Shown here: piece after piece, positions 54,278 to 63,419 of the stretch
How the letters are laid out: each line of letters opens with the position of its first letter
How positions within the stretch are numbered: the stretch's first letter is position 1
IMG/VR virus record: IMGVR_UViG_3300037704_000085
Span: 26,834-90,833 of that record
Reading direction: 5' to 3' (one strand)
DNA: 64,000 bases
DNA from: a virus
The notes under the pieces: model-generated
What the model saw: the letters and a program-made list of their open reading frames with translations, nothing else
Told to the model about the DNA's origin: nothing
The model's database searches: none
Position numbers and translations under genes: made by a program

Positions 54278-54879
54278 ACGAAATTGACGCTTTTTCCGTG
54301 CTGCGCAATGTAGTTGTTGACGGTCAGCAGCGACAGGAAGGTCGGCCAGTCGCTCTTCGCTTCCATCAGCGGCGCGCGGTAGGTGCCATCCGGCCGCAAC
54401 TGCACAACGCGACGGCGCACGATGGCCGGGTCTTTCGGGAAAGTCTTGGCGTAGGCTTCCCGGTAGGCCGAGGTTTGCACGCCGGCCGCAGGATCGATGC
54501 AGGCGCAGCTTTTGATGTCCAGTAACTCGAACAGGTCGCCGACATAGCCGGTGCGGTCCAAGGTGCCGGCGTATCGGTGGACCGGGTGATAGACGCGCGC
54601 CTCGACCCGGTACGGCACAAAGCCCGTGTCGTCGCGGAACCTGACCCAAGCATCGAGATAAGGCCGGATTTCCGGCGCGACGGAACTCTCGTCAAGCTCG
54701 CCTTCGTCATAGAGTTCGGTGGCGAGGTGGATCAGCGTGCCGAGCCGGCTTTTTGCCGCCAGCACGTCGGCCGGGACCATACTGAAGTCGTAGAGCGGAG
54801 ACAAAACCTGCGTTACGCTTGGCACGGGTTGCCCCTGCCAAGTGTATTTGTGCGCCGCATCGTCAAAGACGAGGCTCAC
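54274..54879 (-). CDS. PD-(D/E)XK exonuclease (partner of Bet)
   Basis: PSVTQVL, GTLIH, YAGTLD, LDIKS, QTSAY. Confidence 0.85.
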   Translation of the reverse strand: MSLVFDDAAHKYTWQGQPVPSVTQVLSPLYDFSMVPADVLAAKSRLGTLIHLATELYDEGELDESSVAPEIRPYLDAWVRFRDDTGFVPYRVEARVYHPVHRYAGTLDRTGYVGDLFELLDIKSCACIDPAAGVQTSAYREAYAKTFPKDPAIVRRRVVQLRPDGTYRAPLMEAKSDWPTFLSLLTVNNYIAQHGKSVNFV

Positions 54880-55841
54880 GCCTGCGGGTCTCGCGTCCAA
54901 GCGATGATGTCATTCGCCATGCTGGTTTTGATGCCGTCGAAGCTCTCGATGCCGAATTTCTTGAACGCGTCGGCTTCGTTCAGCGAGGCGGCGGCGATCT
55001 TGGCCTTGACGACGTTGATCAAGCCGGCGCTGGCCGGGGCCTGATTGCCGCCGTTGGTTTTGGCGTCGCCGGCCGGGGGCGTTTTCTTGTCGGGCGCGGC
55101 CTGCGTTTTCTGTTGCGCGTCGCCGGCCGGTTGGTCGATGACTTCGCCGGATTGGCCGTCGATGGTCGCCCCGCCTTCGCTCTTTCTGCGTGGGGTTTCG
55201 ACGTTAGGCTTGGCCGGCTCCGCGTTGATTTCAATTTCGAACTCTTTGCCTTCCATTTCGTCGGCAGTCGGCTGCGCGCCGAACTCAGGGAAGGCTTTTC
55301 TCAGCGCCTGCGCTTCGGAACACTTGGCGATCTGACCGTAGGGCCGGCGCTGCCACATGGCGTTCGGGGCGATGCTTTTTTCCTGACCGCCCTTGACGGC
55401 ATAGTTCTCTTTCCAGCGTTCGGTTGCCGCAAACTCGACAATCTGGCCGCTGGGAAGCAGGCGCTTGACGACGGTTCGGCACCACTGCGGATAGGTGATT
55501 TCGACGCCGCCGATTTTTTCGGTGATGTCCGGACCGAACTCGGCATCGCTGACGCCCGCGTAGTTGCCGGAGCGGGCTGCTTGCGTCCGGTAGAGGCCAA
55601 TGCCGGGCATGATCACGTCGCGCATGGACTTCGCTTTCGAGTCCCAGATAGGCACGATATGGACGGGTTTTTGCATCGGGTCAAGATGCGCGGCGCGGCA
55701 GTAATTGACGACCATCTTGATTGAGCCGAGCGCCGCGCCGGGATAAAGCGACGACTGCAAAACGTCAATCAGTTCGGTTTCATCCATCGAGAATGCGGCG
55801 ATGGCGGTGTTTTGTAATGCGGCTTTAACGGGGTGATTCAT
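54876..55841 (-). CDS. bet: phage recombination protein Bet (Red-beta/RecT family)
   Basis: LDPMQKPVHIVP, GIGLYRTQAARSG, W..RPYGQIAKCSEAQALRKAFP. Confidence 0.92.
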   Translation of the reverse strand: MNHPVKAALQNTAIAAFSMDETELIDVLQSSLYPGAALGSIKMVVNYCRAAHLDPMQKPVHIVPIWDSKAKSMRDVIMPGIGLYRTQAARSGNYAGVSDAEFGPDITEKIGGVEITYPQWCRTVVKRLLPSGQIVEFAATERWKENYAVKGGQEKSIAPNAMWQRRPYGQIAKCSEAQALRKAFPEFGAQPTADEMEGKEFEIEINAEPAKPNVETPRRKSEGGATIDGQSGEVIDQPAGDAQQKTQAAPDKKTPPAGDAKTNGGNQAPASAGLINVVKAKIAAASLNEADAFKKFGIESFDGIKTSMANDIIAWTRDPQA

Positions 55842-55850
55842 TGAGCGCTC

Positions 55851-56183
55851 CTATTTTTCGTCGTGGTAATGCGCGATGGCCTGATTGCTGTCGCGCTCCT
55901 TTTGCAATTGCGCTTCGGCCGCGACAATCGCGGCTTCAATCACAAGGTCATGCAGGGAAGCCATTGGGCAACCCTTCTCGCAAGTGCCCGGCAGGCGGAC
56001 GCATAGCACGCCGTCGGTCACAAGCATGGTGATGTCTCTGCCGCCGTGGAACACATGGGTAATGACAAAATCAGCCGGATAGTCATCGTGCGCTTCCGGG
56101 CCTGATGCAACCGCCTGCTGTTTCGGAATGAACACCCCGGAAACCTCAAGCGCCAAGCCCGCTACGTTGATTTGAACATCCAT
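55851..56183 (-). CDS. hypothetical protein
   Basis: AAGGGG SD; first gene of the leftward operon. Confidence 0.65.
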   Translation of the reverse strand: MDVQINVAGLALEVSGVFIPKQQAVASGPEAHDDYPADFVITHVFHGGRDITMLVTDGVLCVRLPGTCEKGCPMASLHDLVIEAAIVAAEAQLQKERDSNQAIAHYHDEK

Positions 56184-56220
56184 TTTGCTACCCCTTTCTG
56201 GCGATACAGAGCCGCCGCAA

Positions 56221-56249
56221 ACTTTAGCAAATAAAAAGCCGCGCGACAA
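56221..56249 (-). promoter_or_regulatory. leftward sigma70 promoter (PL-like)
   Basis: TTGTCG-N17-TAAAGT with TGn extension on the minus strand. Confidence 0.65.
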
Positions 56250-56291
56250 GTCATTTGTAAAACCGTAGCGGGCTTGTCGGTTTTCGACCTG

Positions 56292-56320
56292 TTGCATTGC
56301 CAAGCTGCAAATGCTAAATT
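56292..56320 (+). promoter_or_regulatory. rightward sigma70 promoter (PR-like)
   Basis: TTGCAT-N17-TAAATT with TGn extension. Confidence 0.65.
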
Positions 56321-56351
56321 AGAAGGCGTTACAACGTGATCAAGGTATCCC

Positions 56352-56690
56352 ATGAAAAAAGACAACCAGAGCCCATACGCACGACGCCCATACACCGACC
56401 AGAAAGGCCGGTGGAACGTGCCGCTGCATGCCTACGCGATGGAGTATCTGGGCTCCAAGCGGGTGCAAGAACAGTTCGCCAAAGACTGCGGAACAAGCTA
56501 CGGCAACATTCAGCAAGTGATGTACGGCAACCGTTCTCTCAAGATCGAATTGGCAATCGAAATTTCCAAGGCGAGCGGTAGCAAAGCCTCGTTTCTGGAT
56601 ACCATGCCGGAAATCGATTGGGACTACGTGCAGCGCGAAATCAGGCGTTACAAGCGCGCCAACAAGCAAGAAAAACTGGCGCTGGCGTAA
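56352..56690 (+). CDS. Cro/YdaS-like HTH regulator
   Basis: FAKDCGTSYGNIQQVMYGNR...ELAIEI...PEIDWDY. Confidence 0.8.
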   Translation: MKKDNQSPYARRPYTDQKGRWNVPLHAYAMEYLGSKRVQEQFAKDCGTSYGNIQQVMYGNRSLKIELAIEISKASGSKASFLDTMPEIDWDYVQREIRRYKRANKQEKLALA

Positions 56691-56822
56691 GCTACTAGCC
56701 GCACTCACTCCGGCCGGGGCGATCCCTTTTTCGCTCCGGCCGGATCAACAACAAAAAGGGGATCGGGGAGTTATGCAAGCCAGATGCAAGGGTCGTTCGC
56801 GCCTGCCTGAAAGGATTGGCGC

Positions 56823-57214
56823 ATGAGGGATGGCAATCGTAGCACCGAAGAAACATGGACAGACTACCGAGGGGCTGTTTGGCGCGTTATCAAAAGCCGG
56901 AGACGCCTCAACTTCATGTACCCGTTACATGCCGCCATCAGGGCGCATGTCCTCCATCAAGCAGGGTACAAGTGCGCCCACTGCGGGGTGCCTGCCGCTG
57001 CTGTTCCTAAGTTCTATGACGGAAGGGAAGCGCTCACAACAGCAAAGATGAAAAAGGGCGGATATCCCATCGTTTTGCTGGTGGATCACATCCTGACGTT
57101 GAAGGCTGGAGGACTGAACGTGATCAAAAACTTTCAGTGCTTGTGCGAGACATGCAATAAACACAAGTCGCGAGAAGACAGGTTGGCAATCGCCGACTAT
57201 CGGGAGGGCGCGTT

Positions 57215-57218
<4 letters not shown>
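56823..57218 (+). CDS. HNH endonuclease
   Basis: CAHCG...VDHI...GG.N...NFQCLCETCNKHK. Confidence 0.9.
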
Positions 57219-58077
<859 letters not shown>

Positions 58078-58081
<4 letters not shown>

Positions 58082-58854
58082 GCGGCATGGAAAAAGCATC
58101 GGAATCGAACGGCGGTATTGGCAAGGAATTGCGCGTCTGTGAGCAGCACGGCGAGTATGAAAGCCGGAACCTGTTTCGCACCATTTGGAGCCGCTGCCCG
58201 CGCTGCACAGCCGCTGAAGACGCGGCCGAACATGTCGCCAACATCGAGCGCGAGCGGCAGGAAAAAATTCAACGGTGGGAGCGGACGATTGGCGAGTCGG
58301 GTATTCCGGATCGTTTTCAGGACCGTTCGTTCGACAACTACACCACCGAGACAGACGGCGAGAAGCGGGCGCTGCTGTTTGCGATGGACTACGCACAACG
58401 GTTCAGTGAATGCCGACGGTCTGGCCGTTCGGCGATCTTCTGCGGCCGTCCGGGCACGGGCAAAACGCACTTGGCGGCGGCGATTGGCCTGCATCTGCTG
58501 CGCCAAGGGAACGCCGTGCTGTTCCAGACCGTTTTTCGGGCCGTTCGGCGAGTCAAGGACACATGGAGCCGTGGCAGCGCCGAGAGCGAGTCGCAGGCGG
58601 TCGCCGGGCTGGTCTTTCCTGACCTGCTGATTCTCGATGAAGTCGGCGTTCAGTTCGGGTCCGACGCCGAGCGCGTGATTCTGTTCGACATCCTGAACGA
58701 GCGCTACGAGCGCATGAAGCCGACGCTGCTGCTGTCTAATTTGCCGCTGGCCGGGGTCAAGGATTTCTTGGGTGAACGCATCTTTGACCGCATGCGCGAA
58801 GGCGATGGCGCTTACATCCCGTTCGATTGGGAAAGCCGGCGTGGCAGCGTCTAA
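58078..58854 (+). CDS. dnaC: DnaC/IstB-like helicase loader ATPase
   Basis: GRPGTGKTHLAAAI, LLILDEVG, ERYE..PTLLLSN. Confidence 0.9.
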
Positions 58855-59062
58855 GGTGCTTTGCATCGAGTGCGAGCGTATTGACCTGAAAAACTGCGAC
58901 ATGGCGAAGCACGGTTGCGGACGCTGCCGACTGGACAAGATCGCGGCGCAGTCGAAGAGCCTCAAGTTTCCGCGCGACTGTACGATGTTCAGCGCGGCCG
59001 ATCCGGCAGTCGTCGCCGAGCGCGCCGCGTGGTATGACAAACGATTCGTGAGAGGGGTTTGA
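58841..59062 (+). CDS. small Cys-rich protein
   Basis: CIEC...CGRC...C; fills the gap in the operon. Confidence 0.55.
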   Translation: MAASKVLCIECERIDLKNCDMAKHGCGRCRLDKIAAQSKSLKFPRDCTMFSAADPAVVAERAAWYDKRFVRGV

Positions 59063-59533
59063 GTGATTATTCTGGCGATTGATCCGGGCACCGTTGAAAG
59101 CGGATGGTGCGAGTATTGCGACGGCAGCGTCATCGATAGCGGCGTGTTCGATAACGGCGACATGCTGGAAAAAGTAGCGAACTCATTCGCTGATATTTTG
59201 GCGATTGAAATGATGGCGTCGTTAGGGATGGCGGTCGGGAAAGAGGTTTTTGAGACCGTGCGCTGGACTGGGCGGTTTCAGCAGGCATGGCGCGACCCCG
59301 ATGCCGTGAAGCTGGTTTATCGCAGTGAAGTGAAGATGCACCTGTGCGGGTCGATGCGCGCCAAAGACGGAAATATCCGCCAAGCGATCATCGACCTGTT
59401 CCCCGCGACCGGCGGCGGCAAGGTGCGGCAGATCGGCACGTCAAAGGCCAAAGGGCCGCTGTACGGCGTGGCGAGTCACGCATGGCCGGCGCTTGGCGTG
59501 GCGCTGACAGTTATTGGAAAAACATCGGCCTGA
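59063..59533 (+). CDS. RuvC-like Holliday junction resolvase
   Basis: ILAIDPG..SGW, LAIE, RNase H-like pattern. Confidence 0.75.
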   Translation: MIILAIDPGTVESGWCEYCDGSVIDSGVFDNGDMLEKVANSFADILAIEMMASLGMAVGKEVFETVRWTGRFQQAWRDPDAVKLVYRSEVKMHLCGSMRAKDGNIRQAIIDLFPATGGGKVRQIGTSKAKGPLYGVASHAWPALGVALTVIGKTSA

Positions 59534-59546
59534 GTGCTGATTCCCT

Positions 59547-59575
59547 TTGCCTATTCCGCTACCATCCGCTAAAAT
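59547..59575 (+). promoter_or_regulatory. sigma70 promoter
   Basis: TTGCCT-N17-TAAAAT in an intergenic gap. Confidence 0.6.
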
Positions 59576-59663
59576 GTTCGGCATGCCAAACGATAGATAT
59601 CTGCATCGAATGCCCGGCCGTTTAAGAAAGGCCATCATCATCTTTTTGGCGGTACTTTTCTTA

Positions 59664-60098
59664 ATGGCAGAAATCTATCTAGTCAAGCTTCCGAACGGTA
59701 CGCTCAAACCCGATACCGAAGATGATGAAGAGGCGCTAAAGCGGTTCAAGGTTGGCGAAGTCGTCAAGGCCGAGGTCAAAAAACCGCGCAACTACCAAAA
59801 CCACAAGCGCTTTTTTGCGCTGTTGCAAGTGGTCGCGAGCTATCACGAAATCTACAACAACGTCGAGAAGGCAAAGCTTGCGGTAACCGTGGCGAGCGGG
59901 CATTGCGACTTCATCGAGAACCCGCTTATTCCGGGTGAGCTGATCGCGCAGCCGAGGTCGATCAGCTATTCGCGAATGGATGAAATTCAGTTCGCCAAAT
60001 TCTTCAATGACGCCGTTCAGGGGGTCATTTCTCACATACTCCCCGATCTTGACGAAGACTCGCTGAACGCGGCCGTCGAGGAAGTCATCAGGTTCTGA
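59664..60098 (+). CDS. DUF1367 family protein
   Basis: KKPRNYQNHKRFFALL, PRSISYSRMDEIQF. Confidence 0.8.
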   Translation: MAEIYLVKLPNGTLKPDTEDDEEALKRFKVGEVVKAEVKKPRNYQNHKRFFALLQVVASYHEIYNNVEKAKLAVTVASGHCDFIENPLIPGELIAQPRSISYSRMDEIQFAKFFNDAVQGVISHILPDLDEDSLNAAVEEVIRF

Positions 60099-60100
60099 CC

Positions 60101-60367
60101 ATGGCAACCAAAGGCATCACCGTAATCGACGTGTTCCGTGCGCTTGGATTGGAGCCCGAGAAGACCAAGACATGGGCGGTCGGCGCGGCGGTTGCCAAGC
60201 TGTACCTGAAGGATCGCGGCGAGTTGCCGCCGAAAGACAACCGGGTAAAGACCAGCGGTTCCGGCGTTCATTGCTTCGCGATCTATCCCGAGAGCTACCG
60301 CCAGAAGATCAAGGATTGCATCGGCCGCATGAAGGCCGACGCAACAAAGCAGCCGGAGTTTATCTGA
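60101..60367 (+). CDS. hypothetical protein
   Basis: packed operon. Confidence 0.65.
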   Translation: MATKGITVIDVFRALGLEPEKTKTWAVGAAVAKLYLKDRGELPPKDNRVKTSGSGVHCFAIYPESYRQKIKDCIGRMKADATKQPEFI

Positions 60368-60807
60368 TGGCGCTGCGCCGGACCGGCTTCAAGAATCGCG
60401 GCACCGGGCTCAAGCGGTCCGGCGACGGCCTGAAGCGCGGCGGGCCGATCAAGGCCAATGGACCAACGAAATCGAAGCGGCGTTCGAACGCCCTGCACGG
60501 GCGGGCGGCGGCGGTGGCGTACATGGGCGCGGTGGCGGCGACGGGCTGCGCGCTGTGTCGGCATCTGGGGTTGGGCGCGACGCCGGGGCAAGTGCATCAC
60601 CAGCGAACAGGAATCGGGGCTGGGCAGAGGGCGACGGACTTTCAAACCGTCTGCCTCTGCGACCTGCACCATGAAGGGAAAGACGGCATCCACGGCATGG
60701 GCCGCAAGGCGTGGGAAGCAAAGCACGGAATCACCGAGCTTCAACTAATCGAACAAACCCGGCATGAACTGGCCGAACAAGGAGTGGTGTATGGCGATAT
60801 TGCTTGA
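60367..60807 (+). CDS. Ref-like recombination enhancement HNH nuclease
   Basis: basic N-terminus, GCALC, QVHH, CLCDLHH, GIH, WEAKHG.TE. Confidence 0.75.
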   Translation: MALRRTGFKNRGTGLKRSGDGLKRGGPIKANGPTKSKRRSNALHGRAAAVAYMGAVAATGCALCRHLGLGATPGQVHHQRTGIGAGQRATDFQTVCLCDLHHEGKDGIHGMGRKAWEAKHGITELQLIEQTRHELAEQGVVYGDIA

Positions 60808-61423
60808 CAAGGAAGGCACGCAGGCGCTGGCGAAGCTGATCGGCAAGCGCATGCGGGCGGCGCGGATGGCGGCGAACATCGGCGAGGAAGAGGCGGGGAA
60901 AATCATCGGCCACAAGGGCGCGACCCAAATCTGCCTCTGCGAGTCGGGCGAACGCATCCTGCCGGTCCTGTCGCTGGTCAAGCTGGCCGATAAGTACGGC
61001 GTGTCGATGGATTACGCGCTGGGGCGGATAGACGACCCGCTGGCTGATCCGTTCGAGACCAATCAGGGCGCGATTGCGCGCACGGTTGCCAACGGCGTGG
61101 AAAGCTGCTTTCGGCAGTTTTCGGCAAGCGTCGCGACCTACACCGTGGCGAGCTTGGAAGAGCGCCGCAAGGACATGCACGACATCCGGCGGATCACCGA
61201 GCGGGCGCAAGAGGTCAAGGACGCTTTGGAGCGGTTCGCGAGCCTCAATCCAGAGTTCGAAGAAGACATGCGCGGCGGCGCGCGGCTGGTCGCATCGATT
61301 GGAAGTCTCAACGCCTTGACGACCGAGGCGGCGACTAGAATTGAGGCTGAGAAAAAGGCGCGGAAAATTCGCCAATTCGAGGCGTCAATCGAGGTCGAAC
61401 ATTTTTGCTTGACGCCCCGCTGA
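60791..61423 (+). CDS. XRE-family HTH regulator with C-terminal coiled region
   Basis: IGKRMRAAR...ESGER...LADKYGVSMDYALG. Confidence 0.8.
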   Translation: MAILLDKEGTQALAKLIGKRMRAARMAANIGEEEAGKIIGHKGATQICLCESGERILPVLSLVKLADKYGVSMDYALGRIDDPLADPFETNQGAIARTVANGVESCFRQFSASVATYTVASLEERRKDMHDIRRITERAQEVKDALERFASLNPEFEEDMRGGARLVASIGSLNALTTEAATRIEAEKKARKIRQFEASIEVEHFCLTPR

Positions 61424-61428
61424 AAAAG

Positions 61429-61457
61429 TTGCTTTGCTAAAGATAGTCCGGTATCAT
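61429..61457 (+). promoter_or_regulatory. sigma70 promoter driving the RNA cluster
   Basis: TTGCTT-N17-TATCAT. Confidence 0.65.
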
Positions 61458-61697
61458 TTGCGGTGTTGTAAGTCAGTAGCTTTGCATCATCAGGAAAGCA
61501 CCTGTGCCCATCCTGACGCCTAGCAAACAGGCGGCTTTCGGGGTCAATCGAAAGCAACTCCCACCGGCGCGTGTCCGGGCGGTTTGTCACCGATAAGGCC
61601 GTTCCTGCGGACCGTCAAAAGCGGCCCGGAGTCGAGTGAAATAACTCGGCAGTTTTCACCGTCGCCATGGGGTGAGAATGGCATAAGGAAACAGTGG

Positions 61698-61774
61698 GGC
61701 GGGTTAGCTCAGTTTGGTAGAGCGCGGGACTCATAATCCCGAGGTCGATTGTTCAAGTCAATCACCCGCATCCA
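61698..61774 (+). tRNA. tRNA with CAT anticodon (Ile2/Met type), encoded CCA
   Basis: full cloverleaf; anticodon arm CGGGA-CTCATAA-TCCCG; T arm GATTG-TTCAAGT-CAATC. Confidence 0.9.
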
Positions 61775-61815
61775 CAAGCAAGGCGCTTGTCTCAGGCCCC
61801 TTTCTTGTGGTGGCA

Positions 61816-61883
61816 GTGTTAGACACACGGCTGGCGGATACAGGAAACGCCGGTAGTTCCGGGTGAGAGTCCCGGCCAACACG
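61816..61883 (+). ncRNA. D-arm-less tRNA-like element
   Basis: 7-bp acceptor-like stem with one mismatch, 5-bp T stem with 7-nt loop, one internal arm. Confidence 0.45.
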
Positions 61884-62282
61884 CTGTACGCTCTTGGGAG
61901 AGAGGTTCGACACGCGCGGAAGCCGCCGAAATGACGGTGAAAGCGTGGGGCGGGTGAAGTTAGACCGCCGCGTTGGGAAAGGCTACCCGGTCTGTCCCTG
62001 ATGCGAAGTGCGGCCGGGGGCTTCTGGCGGCTACATGCACCAGACGGGCGCAGCGGACGTTATGCGTTGCCGGTGTGTAAAGAAACACCGCCGTTGCAAT
62101 CGGGAGACCGAGAGGCAACTCCGCACACGGCAAGCGGATGCAGGGCGGGCGGCGGCTGGAATCTCCTTTGGGGATGCCTGTGCTACGGGGACAGTCGCCG
62201 CCATGTTCTGTTGCAATACGGGAGACGGCTCGCCTCGTCATGGGTGGAGGCAAAACATCGCCGCTGAGTCGTCTGCCGTATT

Positions 62283-62363
62283 GCGGGGTTAGCTCAGGGA
62301 GAGCGTCCGGTTCCTAACCGGAAGGAGTGCCGATAGGCCGTGGTTCGAGTCCACAACACCGCT
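62283..62363 (+). tRNA. atypical tRNA-Arg(CCT) with long variable arm
   Basis: GCTC/GAGC D stem, TCCGG-TTCCTAA-CCGGA anticodon arm, GGTTCGAGTCC T arm; mismatches in acceptor and T stems. Confidence 0.7.
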
Positions 62364-63048
62364 TCAGAATTGCGCAGCACTTCGGCCACAAGCCGATAGA
62401 GGCAAGACCATGGGAGTAGGACTGCATAGGCCCGTGGCGTGCCGGTGGAACACCGGGGGCCGTGACGACAAGATACCGGCCGGTCCTGCCTTCGGGCAGG
62501 GCCAACACAAAGGCGGCAGCGGGGATTGACCCGCCTAAGCGCAAGGCTGGAGCAGCAGGCGGCGAAGGGAAAACAACGGCACCAGTAGGTTAGATCGCAT
62601 CAAACCGAAGCCCGGACCCCTGAAGCACCGTAGCTGACGCGGAGTACCAGAGCCGGGTAACCGGCCCGCCTTTGTGTTGGTGATCGTGGCTCTACCATGC
62701 GGCATTGCCGCGACGCCGTAAGGCGCTGTGACGACAGGCCCAACCCCAACCCCGCGCCGGGTAAGAGCGCGGGAAGCTCGATTGCTGGTGGCCTAGCTTT
62801 GGGAACCAGACGCTGACCAAAGCGCGAGAGGTGACGAGCCGAGAAAGAGCGGCGCTGTTGGTGTAGGCCAGTATTGCCAACATACCGGACCTGTGGGGGA
62901 AATCGGTGCGATACCAGCAGAGGCGCGTATCTGCGGCAGGAAACGGCGCTGGCAGGGCGGAACAGTACGCCCAAGGATTCGCAGGGTGCAACACTGAAAC
63001 GCAAAACCCTGATCAACGCCCGCGAGGGCAACGACAGGAGAAGTAACC

Positions 63049-63408
63049 ATGAAGTTCAGGATGACGAAGGAGTGGTTGGAGCGGAAGCTGAAGGAAATGG
63101 CTGACGCCGGGGTGGATGAAGCGACGTGCGAGGCCGGCGGCGGGCTGACGGTGATCGAAGCGCCGCACGTGGTCGCCAAGTTCCGCTGCAACAGCGTGGA
63201 TACATCAAAGTGGGGGAAGAATCAGCAGTACCACAAGGTCAATCTCGGCGCGATCTACGGCACCGAAGGCGAGAACGCCGACTTCGCGAAGGCAACGCCG
63301 TCCGGGGCCGCGTGGATGCAGATTGACGACGGGGTGCGGGCTCATGAGTTCTTCGAACCACAGGAAGACTACTACCTGAAGTTCTTCAAGGCACCGAAAA
63401 AGCAGTAA
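63049..63408 (+). CDS. hypothetical phage protein
   Basis: AGGAG SD; AKFRC...ENADFAKATPSG...YYLKF. Confidence 0.8.
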   Translation: MKFRMTKEWLERKLKEMADAGVDEATCEAGGGLTVIEAPHVVAKFRCNSVDTSKWGKNQQYHKVNLGAIYGTEGENADFAKATPSGAAWMQIDDGVRAHEFFEPQEDYYLKFFKAPKKQ

Positions 63409-63419
63409 AGCAACCAGAG

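Larger units (their letters stand above)
61465..63035 (+). ncRNA. polycistronic structured non-coding RNA region
   Basis: no credible ORF over about 1.6 kb; back-to-back hairpins, GNRA/UUCG tetraloops, long closing stems, embedded tRNAs. Confidence 0.65.

Noticed and set aside
61960-63031. Short ORFs called on both strands in the RNA region
   Set aside because: No SD, non-protein-like composition, and some overlap dense hairpins or tRNA
61465-63035. Hammerhead ribozyme, intron, or a named RNA family (C4, GOLLD, ROOL)
   Set aside because: I found no CUGANGA/GAAA core and no diagnostic intron motifs; family names cannot be supported without a covariance-model search
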